A stretch of DNA of 41,765 nucleotides from a virus: UHGV virus genome UHGV-1359164. One strand, written 5' to 3'. Positions 28,174 to 36,956 of this stretch are shown here, piece by piece. The stretch's first letter is position 1. Each line of letters begins with the position of its first letter. Made by a program: the position numbers and the translations under genes. The notes under the pieces were generated by a model. The model was not told the DNA's origin. It worked only from the letters and a program-made list of their open reading frames with translations, and made no database searches.

Positions 28174-28422
28174 TTAATACAATCCAATAATGCAATAGCC
28201 TTTCATCAACCCGTACTCTGTAGCATTTCGCATCACATATCGAACCAAAAAACCGGTTTCTCTTCCGGTATATGCGCTTCCGTCCCACTCTTGCAATACA
28301 AGAAAATCACCAACTTGAATATCGTCTTCATCTTTTCTCAGCTCAAAGGATTTATCTCCGCTGATCACCGCATCATAATATTTAGGCAAAATTTTCTTTC
28401 TCACCATTTTGTGCATCGTCAT
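28174..28422 (-). CDS. ASCH/PUA-like (DUF3850-type) small protein
   Basis: 'ILPKYYDAVISGDKSFELRKDE.DIQVGD.LVLQEW' pattern. Confidence 0.4.
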   Translation of the reverse strand: MTMHKMVRKKILPKYYDAVISGDKSFELRKDEDDIQVGDFLVLQEWDGSAYTGRETGFLVRYVMRNATEYGLMKGYCIIGLY

Positions 28423-28711
28423 TCATCTCCAAAATCTTAACTTTCAGTTCTTCTATGGCTTTTTTATATTTCTGTACTATCTTATTGAAAAACTCAGCCA
28501 TTGTTACAAGAGCTTTCTTCTTTGCTTCATTCATATCTTCCGTTTTCAAAGGTACGTTGCTCAAATTCAATTCATAGCATGATAACAGCCATTCATTGCC
28601 ATAATCTATATGTTTATGAACCCTAAACTTAATTCCATTAGCCTCATTTTCTAATACACGTATTTCTCTTTTTACGTCGTTTCGACTATACGTAGTAATA
28701 TCTTTATACAT
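28382..28711 (-). CDS. Hypothetical protein
   Basis: Motif plus GGAGGGAAAG then ATG ('MYKDITTY'). Confidence 0.4.
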   Translation of the reverse strand: MYKDITTYSRNDVKREIRVLENEANGIKFRVHKHIDYGNEWLLSCYELNLSNVPLKTEDMNEAKKKALVTMAEFFNKIVQKYKKAIEELKVKILEMNDDAQNGEKENFA

Positions 28712-28770
28712 CTTTCCCTCCACTAAATCTTAATATACAAATAACTCAATCAATATCTCCAGAATCGTCA

Positions 28771-29004
28771 TCATTTCAATTTGAGATTTTTCCATAGCTG
28801 GTAACATTTCTTACAAGCCAAACCTGGATTTTTTTCTATTTCTTCAGTATCAATATCAGTTGTGAAAAAATCCTGATCTTGCCAATACTTTTCGCACAAA
28901 GACGTATTTTTAAAAAAACAGTGATATTTTGCTTTAGGATGAATCCAGTCAACGTTTGTAAGATTGCTTTGCTTTACTGGAAGCATCCATTTGTATCTTC
29001 TCAT
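28771..29004 (-). CDS. Hypothetical Cys-containing small protein
   Basis: ORF preceded by degenerate motif. Confidence 0.35.
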   Translation of the reverse strand: MRRYKWMLPVKQSNLTNVDWIHPKAKYHCFFKNTSLCEKYWQDQDFFTTDIDTEEIEKNPGLACKKCYQLWKNLKLK

Positions 29005-29027
29005 ATGCTCAGTCCTTCAAATTCTTA

Positions 29028-29252
29028 TTACCATTTAATTGCTTTTACTAACACTGTGTAATATGGTTCGACAATGTTTACAAAAACCAATGTTGCATGT
29101 TCCAATGGCTCATATAATACACACTCAACTATTACTTCTATTTCTTTCCCTTCAGATGCTTTCATAGAAATCCTGTCATCTTCCCGTGGTGTGAAATCAA
29201 GGACTCCTAAATTGCATTTTGTTGTTTTATCAATCACAAAAATATTATTCAT
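29028..29252 (-). CDS. Hypothetical small protein
   Basis: 'TTAGAATTGGAGGTAAGAGAA' then ATG ('MNNIFVIDK'). Confidence 0.35.
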   Translation of the reverse strand: MNNIFVIDKTTKCNLGVLDFTPREDDRISMKASEGKEIEVIVECVLYEPLEHATLVFVNIVEPYYTVLVKAIKW

Positions 29253-29458
29253 TTCTCTTACCTCCAATTCTAATGAAACACGAATTTTGCTTATCTCGTG
29301 ATTTTCTTCTGGATTTCAAGAGATAGTCGCAAGATAAAACGCTTGCGAGTCCGCTATCAGTCAGCCCCTCGCCTCTGTAAATCCGACTTTCACGGTTGGC
29401 AGCACCGGCCTTATAGACTGATTTCATCCGGCTTCCAGTTCTATCATTTTAAGGTATT

Positions 29459-29674
29459 TTAATTATCATCTTTTAACACTAAATTAATTGCATCTCTCAA
29501 ATCTTTAAAACATTCTTTACACAATCGAATACGATGACGTGATATGCCAAGTTCTTCACTCACAAAGTAATCCTTATTTCCACAATTTTCACAGCAATCT
29601 ACTTTATTTATCTGGATCCTATGTATACTGTTTTGTGGCTCTTCTTTTTTTAGCTTCTTAGCTATCCAATTCAT
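29459..29674 (-). CDS. Small zinc-finger protein
   Basis: 'CCENCGN...CKEC'. Confidence 0.4.
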   Translation of the reverse strand: MNWIAKKLKKEEPQNSIHRIQINKVDCCENCGNKDYFVSEELGISRHRIRLCKECFKDLRDAINLVLKDDN

Positions 29675-29683
29675 AATCTTAAT

Positions 29684-29929
29684 TTACACATTTACACCGT
29701 GATCTTTCAAAGCCTGTGTCCAAGTTTCTTTTATCTCCTTCGGGCAATGCGCCATAGCATCTGACCATATAGGCCAACGCCCGTGCTGATCATAGAATTT
29801 ATACTGATATGCAAGGCTATCCCGATTGTGCGGCTGCTCCGGGTCATGCTTTACTGCACATTCCGGACAAGTTCCATCCTGTGTTTTACCAAGCAGTGCC
29901 ATTCCATATATTTTTTTCAAATATCCCAT
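29684..29929 (-). CDS. Hypothetical small protein (Cys/His-containing)
   Basis: RBS AGGAGA; motif present in inverted orientation. Confidence 0.4.
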   Translation of the reverse strand: MGYLKKIYGMALLGKTQDGTCPECAVKHDPEQPHNRDSLAYQYKFYDQHGRWPIWSDAMAHCPKEIKETWTQALKDHGVNV

Positions 29930-29951
29930 ATCTCTTCTTTCTCCTAAGATT

Positions 29952-30533
29952 TTAAAACTCAGTTACTCCATCCGGGCCTTCCAGATCTGCAGTATTGTCT
30001 TCGTACTCGCACCTGGAGATGAGGGTTATATTTTCCACCGGGACCTTGCAGGTTTTCGCAAATCCAGCCTTCCGCTCTTCTGCCATCACCGGAAGATTCA
30101 CGCTTCCTAAATTTTCTGTGTCAAAATCAAACGCCACCATCGCATAACCTGTGCTTTCCGGTCCACCGTATAAGTCAGCCCCTACGATCTCGTAATACAA
30201 ACTTAATGTTACTTGTACTGTATTCATCTTCGCTCTCCCAATCTTAATACTCTCATAAGTCTTTTCAAAGATATCCGGTTTGCATGGATACAGTTCACCG
30301 TTGACACCCTGAATCACATAATCTCCTATGGAGACGTGGTGAATACCTTCCAGAGTTTCGATAAAAAGCTCACACGGCGGAGCGCCGCAGCTTTCAGAAC
30401 TATAATACATGACGCCCTTTTCGTAAGCTTCAACTGCCCAGTTCGGTACATACCAGTTACCATCACAGTCTTTTAAATCTCCATCGTACTGAAACGCTTC
30501 AATAACCACGGGTTTCTTTCTATATTTAGCCAT
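29952..30533 (-). CDS. Two-part protein: N-terminal 97 aa paralogous to 12775..13071, read through into a C-terminal ~95-aa unit that has its own motif, RBS and ATG (at ~30226)
   Basis: Paralogy by eye; internal 'TTAAGATTGGGAGAGCGAAG' then ATG ('MNTVQVTL') inside the ORF. Confidence 0.55.
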   Translation of the reverse strand: MAKYRKKPVVIEAFQYDGDLKDCDGNWYVPNWAVEAYEKGVMYYSSESCGAPPCELFIETLEGIHHVSIGDYVIQGVNGELYPCKPDIFEKTYESIKIGRAKMNTVQVTLSLYYEIVGADLYGGPESTGYAMVAFDFDTENLGSVNLPVMAEERKAGFAKTCKVPVENITLISRCEYEDNTADLEGPDGVTEF

Positions 30534-30682
30534 AATATTTCCTCCAAATCTTAATAAATATATCTAGGCTTTGGGTGGCTCTTATTTTGGCCACGTTCTT
30601 TTACAATCTCAATTGCATCATTTATTCCCTTGATGTAGGCACTTGTATCGGTTATAGCTTTTATAAAACCAAGGTTTTCTTT

Positions 30683-31249
30683 TTAACGAAGCATCAGCTG
30701 TGGCATGGTTTTCCATTTACTCCCATTTTTAGAAAGCCAGCCTTCATCTTTTGCCATATCCATATCAACAGTCATACCTTCAACTCGTCTGCCGTTCTTC
30801 ATTGTCCATGCCATGCAAGAAAATGGCTTTCCGTCCTTGCCCTTCGTTTCCTCAAACTGCAATTCCATGTCAAATTTTCCAGAATTGTTAATAGCTGCAA
30901 TCAAGAATTTAGAACTCCATGACGGTCTTCCCTGGATAACATAAAGATTCTGCATAACCATAAGCGGACTAACCTTAAGCCGATTGGCCTGCTCTATTGC
31001 AATTAAACAGTTTGCATCATTTCTCTGAAATGTAGCCGGAACAATTGTAGAACTCGAAAGCGCTTTAGCCATTTGCATAGCCATAATGAAGTTATCTGAC
31101 GTTCCAAAAATTCCAAGGCTGTAGTCTGTCACCTTGTTTCTTGCCTGAACTGCCTCTTTCTTCTCCTCTTGGTGCTTCCTTGTGGTCCCTCCTTTTGGGG
31201 CGGGTTTTTGGAGGACTATGATAGGTTCCCGCCCCAGGTTAATGGTCAA
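30683..31249 (-). CDS. RecT/Red-beta-family single-strand annealing protein, apparently C-terminally truncated (188 aa)
   Basis: '...GKFDMELQFEETKGKDGKP...GSKWKTMPQLMLR*' stops exactly where family members continue ('MLRYRAA.FF.R.Y'); the downstream frames do not restore the motif. Confidence 0.5.
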   Translation of the reverse strand: MTINLGREPIIVLQKPAPKGGTTRKHQEEKKEAVQARNKVTDYSLGIFGTSDNFIMAMQMAKALSSSTIVPATFQRNDANCLIAIEQANRLKVSPLMVMQNLYVIQGRPSWSSKFLIAAINNSGKFDMELQFEETKGKDGKPFSCMAWTMKNGRRVEGMTVDMDMAKDEGWLSKNGSKWKTMPQLMLR

Positions 31250-31290
31250 AGAGTATATCGTGACATATAAACCGACCGCAAGTTTTTTAT

Positions 31291-31506
31291 CTATGTATCA
31301 TCCCCGTTTGGGATCGGGGTGGATACCTTTTTTATAGCTTTATGCGTCCGTCTGCTTGGATCTGGGCATAAAGCCGTGCCGTCATATGCTGGTCTCCTGA
31401 AGCTTTCGCTCATAGGAGATGGGTATTTTTCTAAATCGGCCAGCTCGGCCATTTTCTTTTTTACACTTTTTTCATGGTATGTAACTTTATCCTTGTGACT
31501 TATCAT
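31291..31506 (-). CDS. Hypothetical small protein
   Basis: ORF only. Confidence 0.25.
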   Translation of the reverse strand: MISHKDKVTYHEKSVKKKMAELADLEKYPSPMSESFRRPAYDGTALCPDPSRRTHKAIKKVSTPIPNGDDT

Positions 31507-32086
31507 TATCCATCCACTCTTTTACTTTATCCTGCATTATGCTGTTATAGTCTGTATCGCGCTGATCGTAGTTAAAAAATGCATTCTGTTTTTTAGGCTG
31601 GCTTTTCCCAGCCTTTGCCGATTTATCTTGCTCTCTCGCAAACCAGCTGTTCAAAAAACGTGGTGCACCTTTCCGTGTTTTTCGGCGTGTAAGGTTCGAA
31701 TCACACCACCCGATGATCTTGTTAAGCTCTTGCCTACAATCAACACCCGGGTACAGCTTTTGCATCTTATCAAGCGCAGTTTCTGTTACTTCGTATAATG
31801 TTCCATCATTAAGCTTAAATGCTCCAACTACAGGCCCGTTTTCTTCTTCCGGAATATCTTCCGCCGGTCTCCCACCTTTTGCTCCATTGGCCTTTCGCTT
31901 GATATTGGCATCGATTTGAGGCTTAGCCATCTCGTATATGGACATATACAGCTCTCCAGTGTCTTCCGGTTCTTCTCCTTTCAACCCATAATCAATAATT
32001 GCCCATAGAGCTTTAAGCTGTTGGTTTTCTGGTAGCCGCTTGATAGCTTTCGAAAAACTGCTGTAAAAAATCAAGCTATCTCTCAT
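31487..32086 (-). CDS. Hypothetical replication-module protein
   Basis: 199 aa ORF in operon context. Confidence 0.4.
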   Translation of the reverse strand: MRDSLIFYSSFSKAIKRLPENQQLKALWAIIDYGLKGEEPEDTGELYMSIYEMAKPQIDANIKRKANGAKGGRPAEDIPEEENGPVVGAFKLNDGTLYEVTETALDKMQKLYPGVDCRQELNKIIGWCDSNLTRRKTRKGAPRFLNSWFAREQDKSAKAGKSQPKKQNAFFNYDQRDTDYNSIMQDKVKEWMDNDKSQG

Positions 32087-32411
32087 TTCGCCCAGCCTCC
32101 CACTCCCGGTAAATTTTTATCCAGTCGGAAAGCCGCATGGTCACAAGCCATTCGCAGCGATCCCGCCTGTGGAATACCGCCGGGAGGTGTCTGGGAAGCG
32201 CATCATGCACTGCCTGTGCTACCGCATCCAGAAGATTGAGTTTCTCAACCCTCTTGCACTCAACGTGGATACCTGGAAGTCCAATCACATCAGCATTACC
32301 TGCTGCGCCGCAGTATTGCTGCCCTCTTCTGGCATCGTATCCGTACTCCCGGAACACTCCGGCGAGCTCCCTTTCTCCGCGTTTTCCCTTTTCTCTCTGT
32401 GTCTTACCCAT
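32076..32411 (-). CDS. PD-(D/E)XK Holliday-junction-resolvase-like nuclease (Hjc/RecU-type)
   Basis: 'GKRGERELAGV...NADVIGLPGIHVECK' gives E...D...E.K; start after GGAGGTTG. Confidence 0.5.
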   Translation of the reverse strand: MGKTQREKGKRGERELAGVFREYGYDARRGQQYCGAAGNADVIGLPGIHVECKRVEKLNLLDAVAQAVHDALPRHLPAVFHRRDRCEWLVTMRLSDWIKIYREWEAGRNER

Positions 32412-32778
32412 CACAACAACCTCCAAACAATGATAGCTGCTCATATTTCTCTTTATCAGGTGGCTTCATGTTCCTCGCGAAACGCTTAGCACCTCTTTCT
32501 GCCGTCTTTATGCTTCTGCATCTTCTATCCTGTGTCTCAATCCATCGGACCGCTTCACGCCGTCCCTGTGCATCTGTACGTGGGATATAATAGCCCAGTC
32601 CGTTGTCTGCTGTGAGAATTGGTCGATCATACCGCAGTATCTCAATCGCTTTCCGCACCGCCCTGTCTGGCAAGCCAGTTACCCGGCATAATTCCCTACG
32701 GCTTGTAGCGTTTTCCTTACCTACGCCAATCGCATTATATACAGTTGCTGTTGCAGCAGATGTTAATCTAAAATCCAT
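32404..32778 (-). CDS. Winged-helix DNA-binding protein (replication/regulatory)
   Basis: 'SRRELCRVTGLPDRAVRKAIEILRYDRPILTADNGLGYYIP'; start after AAAGGAAAG. Confidence 0.45.
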   Translation of the reverse strand: MDFRLTSAATATVYNAIGVGKENATSRRELCRVTGLPDRAVRKAIEILRYDRPILTADNGLGYYIPRTDAQGRREAVRWIETQDRRCRSIKTAERGAKRFARNMKPPDKEKYEQLSLFGGCCDG

Positions 32779-32804
32779 AGCTTTCCTTTCTTCTTGCCTG
32801 CATA

Positions 32805-33107
32805 TCATAAATATGATTTGCCAAACTCCTGCCGGAAGTCATCACGGCTCCCGTAATGCTCCTCGTAGTATGTCTGGGCCATCTGTTTCAATTTCCGGTC
32901 AATCTGTAAATTTTCATCAGACCGGACAAACCCCGCCCCATTTGGGTGTAGGTCTGGCCGCAGCGGTATCACAAACCCTCTTTCTTCGGATTTCTTCTTA
33001 AACCCCTGTCGGCTCTCAAAGATATGGTGCCGCTCTACCGCAGATGAGCCGGTAAAGTAGCAGTGGTCCATATCGTCAGTAAAAACGCTCCAAAGTCTCT
33101 TAGCCAT
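32805..33107 (-). CDS. Small HNH-like nuclease candidate
   Basis: 'DHCYFTGSSAVERHHIF'. Confidence 0.35.
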   Translation of the reverse strand: MAKRLWSVFTDDMDHCYFTGSSAVERHHIFESRQGFKKKSEERGFVIPLRPDLHPNGAGFVRSDENLQIDRKLKQMAQTYYEEHYGSRDDFRQEFGKSYL

Positions 33108-33672
33108 CTTCCCTCCGGTTCTGATCGTAAAGCTGCTTCATCCGTTCCAGTTCTTCCGGTGTGGCTGTCTCAATGCCAAGTACCTTACACTCGTAAATCA
33201 GGCCATCCAGAAGGTGCGACATCTCAGCGGTGTCGTAGCGGCTGGAACCCATCAGAACAACGTATGTACGGTAGTTGATTCCGTCATTCCCTTCGACCAC
33301 CTGTGATGTTGGGCGGAGGTGAAACACCGTTCTTTCCATGACATCGTTTTCGGCTTCTTCCGTGTCCGGGATTCGTACATAGCACCTGGAACCGTCCACA
33401 AGTTCCACTTGACCGTATTCCCTCAACATGATGTTATGCGCCCGTGGTTTTGATATGCGGAGGTCTTCGGCGAGTTTTGAAAGTAGTACCCAATAGTATG
33501 CGTTGCTGTCAAGGCTTCTTTTTTCTCTCCAGTGCGCCGCCTTAATCCGCAGCGGCTTATCCGCAATGCCGTCAATCTGGCCGGATACATCGTCCTCAAT
33601 CTCAAATGTCAGGCGGAACTTACCGGATACCCAGTCTTTGGCGGCATTTATCAGTTTTCCCTTGCACTCCAT
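33100..33672 (-). CDS. Hypothetical protein downstream of ERF (SSB position, but no SSB signature seen)
   Basis: Synteny only. Confidence 0.4.
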   Translation of the reverse strand: MECKGKLINAAKDWVSGKFRLTFEIEDDVSGQIDGIADKPLRIKAAHWREKRSLDSNAYYWVLLSKLAEDLRISKPRAHNIMLREYGQVELVDGSRCYVRIPDTEEAENDVMERTVFHLRPTSQVVEGNDGINYRTYVVLMGSSRYDTAEMSHLLDGLIYECKVLGIETATPEELERMKQLYDQNRREDG

Positions 33673-33675
33673 AGG

Positions 33676-34362
33676 CTACCTCGCAGGTGTGTTCCAGGGC
33701 AGTCCATCTCCGGTATCATCCGGTGGCACTGTATTCTGCTCTGCCTTGTTTTGTGCTGCCGATGGCGTTTTTTCAAATGCTTCCATTGCTGTCTCAAACT
33801 GCTGCACCGTAAGCTCTTCTAGTGACCGTGCGCCGATTGCCTTAAGTATCGCACTCTTTGATTTGCCGATTCTTTTGCACTCATCTGCAAACATTTTTCG
33901 CTGTTCCGCTGTTGCATATACAGGCTTACTCGGCGGCATAGTCTCAGCGTCCGGATCTTTCATTTCTTCTGTTGGAATGCAAAATGTTTGGAAGCAGGCG
34001 TATTTAAAAGCCACGCTCATAGCCTTATTTGTGGCTTTATCTCCACTGTCCATGCCTTCGCCAATCACGATTGCAGAAACTGAAGATCCATCTTCTGCAT
34101 AAAAGGTATATTTCACAGTGCAGATGGAGTAGATCAGGTTTCCACCCTTTGCTGTTTGACGTTCTTCACGTCTCTGTTCCAATATCTCCGGCACAACAAA
34201 TAATCTGTGTTTTATCAGCGCTGGATTGATCGCATTCATGACAGCATCAATACCGCGATACATGAAGCGTTGCTGTTCATTTCGGCTATTCTTTCCAACC
34301 GCTCCGATTTCAGCCATGACGGCATTTATCGTCTCATAAATATTTTTCTTCTTCTCCTCCAT
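33676..34362 (-). CDS. ERF-family single-strand annealing protein
   Basis: 'FMYRGIDAVMNAINPALIKH...DSGDKATNKAMSVAFKYACFQTFCIPTEE' matches the ERF core. Confidence 0.7.
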   Translation of the reverse strand: MEEKKKNIYETINAVMAEIGAVGKNSRNEQQRFMYRGIDAVMNAINPALIKHRLFVVPEILEQRREERQTAKGGNLIYSICTVKYTFYAEDGSSVSAIVIGEGMDSGDKATNKAMSVAFKYACFQTFCIPTEEMKDPDAETMPPSKPVYATAEQRKMFADECKRIGKSKSAILKAIGARSLEELTVQQFETAMEAFEKTPSAAQNKAEQNTVPPDDTGDGLPWNTPAR

Positions 34363-34370
34363 ACTCTCGC

Positions 34371-34862
34371 CTACTTAATCTGGAGATTCTGCCTTGCAAC
34401 CAGCCGTGCCCCTTTGACTTCTGTGCCACTTCTCAAGAGCTTCTTAAGTGCTGTCTTATCCACTACCGGATCAGCAATCTTGATACAGGATTGCGGCAAG
34501 GCGTTGACATCACCAACAAATTCAACAGCTTCTGACTTTCTCCATGATGCTGATACGCGCTCTGTCTGGAACTTCTGCCCATTCAGCACCCCACTGACAT
34601 ACTTTTTAAGGCTTTCGGCTTTCGCTTCCGCTCTTGCTTGTCGATCTGCAAAGGCCATTTTTTCTTTTTTCAGTGCCTCTGCATCCGACTGCAAATTTTT
34701 AATCCATAAAAGGATATTTTCTATTTTCTCATTAAGATCGCACTGTAAGCTATCAATGGCCGCATACGCTTCTGTATCAACAATCTCTCCTGTCTCTGGA
34801 TCCAAAGCATTTTCAAATGCATTCATAATGTCCGCGTTGATCTGGTATAAATTCACGTTCAC
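34371..34862 (-). CDS. Siphovirus Gp157-family protein
   Basis: Position upstream of ERF; coiled-coil; N-terminus 'MNVNLYQINADIMNAFE'. Confidence 0.55.
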   Translation of the reverse strand: MNVNLYQINADIMNAFENALDPETGEIVDTEAYAAIDSLQCDLNEKIENILLWIKNLQSDAEALKKEKMAFADRQARAEAKAESLKKYVSGVLNGQKFQTERVSASWRKSEAVEFVGDVNALPQSCIKIADPVVDKTALKKLLRSGTEVKGARLVARQNLQIK

Positions 34863-34942
34863 ATTCCTCCATTACGTTCTGTCTGTTTTTTCTTTGTTTT
34901 GCCCTCTCTCTGCATTTACAGCACTCGTCTGCTTCGCAGCTA

Positions 34943-35116
34943 TCACACCGGCTGTTCATTTTCTTCACCCTCAAGCAAAGCAATCATCACATCATCATCT
35001 ACTATAGTCCCCGATTTGGCTTTTAAATATGCCAGCGTTGCACTTACTCGTCCTTTTAATAAGACCAGCTCTGTAAACTCCTCATACGGGATTTCAATCT
35101 TTTTTTTCTCTTCCAT
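34943..35116 (-). CDS. Small hypothetical protein (57 aa, below ORF-track cutoff)
   Basis: Hand translation 'MEEKKKIEIPYEEFTELVLLKGRVSATLAYLKAKSGTIVDDDVMIALLEGEENEQPV'; RBS GGAGGAATGCAAG then ATG. Confidence 0.4.
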   Translation of the reverse strand: MEEKKKIEIPYEEFTELVLLKGRVSATLAYLKAKSGTIVDDDVMIALLEGEENEQPV

Positions 35117-35283
35117 CTTGCATTCCTCCTACACACCTGCTAAACTGTAGTTGTAATTTTTTTGTTAAACGGCCGTTCAGCTCTGTCAAGCTTGCGGCCT
35201 TTTTCTTTGGCTTGGCATACCCAGTGTACTTACTGCCTCCGCATAACTCGGCCGCTCTGTTCGTGCCGTTTGCCCTCCTACTC
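35094..35283 (-). CDS. Small basic hypothetical protein
   Basis: 'GGAGGAAATC' then ATG ('MSRRANGT'). Confidence 0.3.
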
Positions 35284-35302
35284 ATGATTTCCTCCTTTTG
35301 GG

Positions 35303-35530
35303 TTAGATTGCATGTACCCACATAAATACCGCAAACACAGCGATCACAAATCCAAAGCTTGCACATCCGACAACAAACACGGTTGTCAAAATGTCAAATG
35401 CCATACCAAGCAAATCAAGCACCTTAAAAAACTTTTTCTCCTGTCTTGGAGCCTCTTCTTTTTCGCTTCTTACTGCCACATAACCAGGCATCTTGCCATT
35501 TTTCTCACTGACAAACGTAAGTCTTGCCAT
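35303..35530 (-). CDS. Small C-terminally membrane-anchored protein
   Basis: 'ILTTVFVVGCASFGFVIAVFAVFMWV'. Confidence 0.35.
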   Translation of the reverse strand: MARLTFVSEKNGKMPGYVAVRSEKEEAPRQEKKFFKVLDLLGMAFDILTTVFVVGCASFGFVIAVFAVFMWVHAI

Positions 35531-35591
35531 TTTTCTTTACCCCCTTATAGGCCACAGCAAGTTAGATACAAACCTCTTTTGGTTCTTCATT

Positions 35592-36425
35592 TTATTCCTC
35601 GTCTTTGCTTTTATGCACAACCATTTCAAATTTTCCGCCATCTGGAATCATGATTTTTATAACCGGATAATTTTTAAAGTCTCGTGCAGTTGAGCTGTCC
35701 CACATCTCGCCGACCTGTGAGCTGCCCCACATCTTGCCGACCTGTGAGCTGCCACACATCTCGCCGACCTGTGAGCTGTCACACATCTTGCCGACCTGTG
35801 AGCTGTCCAACATCTCGCCGACCTGTGAGCTGCCCCACATCTCGCCGACCTGTGATCTGCCCCACATCTCGCCGACCTGTGAGCTGCCCCACATCTTGCC
35901 GACCTGTGAGCTGCCCCACATCTTGCCGACCTGTGAGCTGTCACACATCTCGCCGACCTGTGAGCTGTCACACATCTCGCCGACCTGTGAGCTGCCCCAC
36001 ATCTCGCCGACCTGTGAGCTGTCCAACATCACGCGTACATCATTAAGCAACTTTTTCACTTCGCAGCGTTTAAGCCGGTAAAAACCAGTTTTCAGCTCTT
36101 CCAGCTTTTTGTCAACAAGTACATGCTTTCTCCACCAGTCGCATACTGATTCGCGGAACTCTTTCTCATGCGTTTCTTTGTCAAACCAATCAGGAATTAT
36201 ATCTTGATCAACGACAAACACCCATTTCTCCGGTTTTTCTGCCGGATCAATCCACCACTCATCATCTTTTTTCGGTACCAGCTCAGCCCGAACAAAGGTT
36301 TTTGATGCGCCTATGTAATCGTCCTTAATTCCGAGGCTTTCCAGCAAATCGGAATGGCTTTCATTATCTTCTGGCGCAATTACGATTTTGTTTTTCAAGA
36401 TAATTCCGCTCTTAAATCTACACAT
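35592..36425 (-). CDS. Early protein with unknown N-terminal domain followed by ~13 tandem 9-aa (27-bp) repeats 'SSQVG(E/K)M(W/C/L)(G/D)'
   Basis: 27-bp units 35692-36042 with variation confined to two sub-sites. Confidence 0.6.
   Translation of the reverse strand: MCRFKSGIILKNKIVIAPEDNESHSDLLESLGIKDDYIGASKTFVRAELVPKKDDEWWIDPAEKPEKWVFVVDQDIIPDWFDKETHEKEFRESVCDWWRKHVLVDKKLEELKTGFYRLKRCEVKKLLNDVRVMLDSSQVGEMWGSSQVGEMCDSSQVGEMCDSSQVGKMWGSSQVGKMWGSSQVGEMWGRSQVGEMWGSSQVGEMLDSSQVGKMCDSSQVGEMCGSSQVGKMWGSSQVGEMWDSSTARDFKNYPVIKIMIPDGGKFEMVVHKSKDEE
35692..36042. repeat. 13 x 27-bp tandem repeat ('gagctgccccacatctcgccgacctgt' consensus)
   Basis: Read directly; the overlapping plus-strand and out-of-frame ORFs in the track are repeat artefacts. 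Confidence 0.9.
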
Positions 36426-36437
36426 TGTTTTCCTCCG

Positions 36438-36734
36438 TTAAATCACATTGTTTTTTTCGTCATCCGTTATCCCTGCGACCTTTAATATGGCCCACAGTTC
36501 CCGCAACCGCATAGAGCCTGGATCCTGCTTTCTCAGCCGGTATGTTGACAGTTTCATTCCCGCCATCTTAGCCATGCGATTATCGTCATAGCGCTTGCGG
36601 GATTTGATTACGTCAAGGAGTATCTGGAGGTTTTCCCCTTTCTCCTCGGCGTATGTCTTTTTTTTAAGCGCCATACTACCCCCGATCTTGTAAATGCTCT
36701 TGTGTTCAAAGCCAGTGTAAAAACCCATAAGCAT
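36438..36734 (-). CDS. Small HTH-type DNA-binding protein (start ambiguous: 36734 or 'MALKKK' at ~36673)
   Basis: 'DNRMAKMAGMKLSTYRLRKQDPGSMRLRELWAIL'. Confidence 0.4.
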   Translation of the reverse strand: MLMGFYTGFEHKSIYKIGGSMALKKKTYAEEKGENLQILLDVIKSRKRYDDNRMAKMAGMKLSTYRLRKQDPGSMRLRELWAILKVAGITDDEKNNVI

Positions 36735-36816
36735 CCAATCTAACGCGTAGCACTGCTACCGTGTTGCGCCTACTTACGGGCCGGAGAGGCTCCTGCCAGC
36801 TCCGGGCATACAGCTA

Positions 36817-36913
36817 TTTACATTAACATTTTCATTTACATTAACATTTACCTTTACATTAGGTTTTTAAATTACATAACCTATGGTTTTGCAATTTAAA
36901 AACCTATGGTTAT
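36817..36913. promoter_or_regulatory. Divergent control region: three to four 'TTACAT(T/A)A' iteron-like direct repeats (36817-36882) and two 'ACCTATGGTT' boxes (36876-36913)
   Basis: Direct reading; the 16-mer 'AAAAACCTATGGTTAT' recurs at 40384-40400. Confidence 0.5.
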
Positions 36914-36956
36914 TTACTCCTTATGTGATATAATTAATACAAAGGAGCATTCAAAA

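Larger units (their letters stand above)
26160..30560. repeat. Dispersed conserved motif 'TTAAGATTT(G)GGAGG' (minus-strand sense) immediately upstream of at least 11 early-gene start codons
   Basis: Plus-strand 'aaatcttaa' or close variants seen near 26172, 27140, 27651, 27892, 28163, 28428, 28725, 29266, 29685, 30241, 30546; one inverted copy at 29945. Confidence 0.7.

Noticed and set aside
35657-36081. ORFs 35657..35971(-), 35684..36046(+), 35734..36081(+) with 'CPTSRRPVS' and 'PTCELPHIS' repeats
   Set aside because: Alternative-frame readings of the 27-bp tandem array; only the 35592..36425 frame has an RBS and non-repeat flanking domains.
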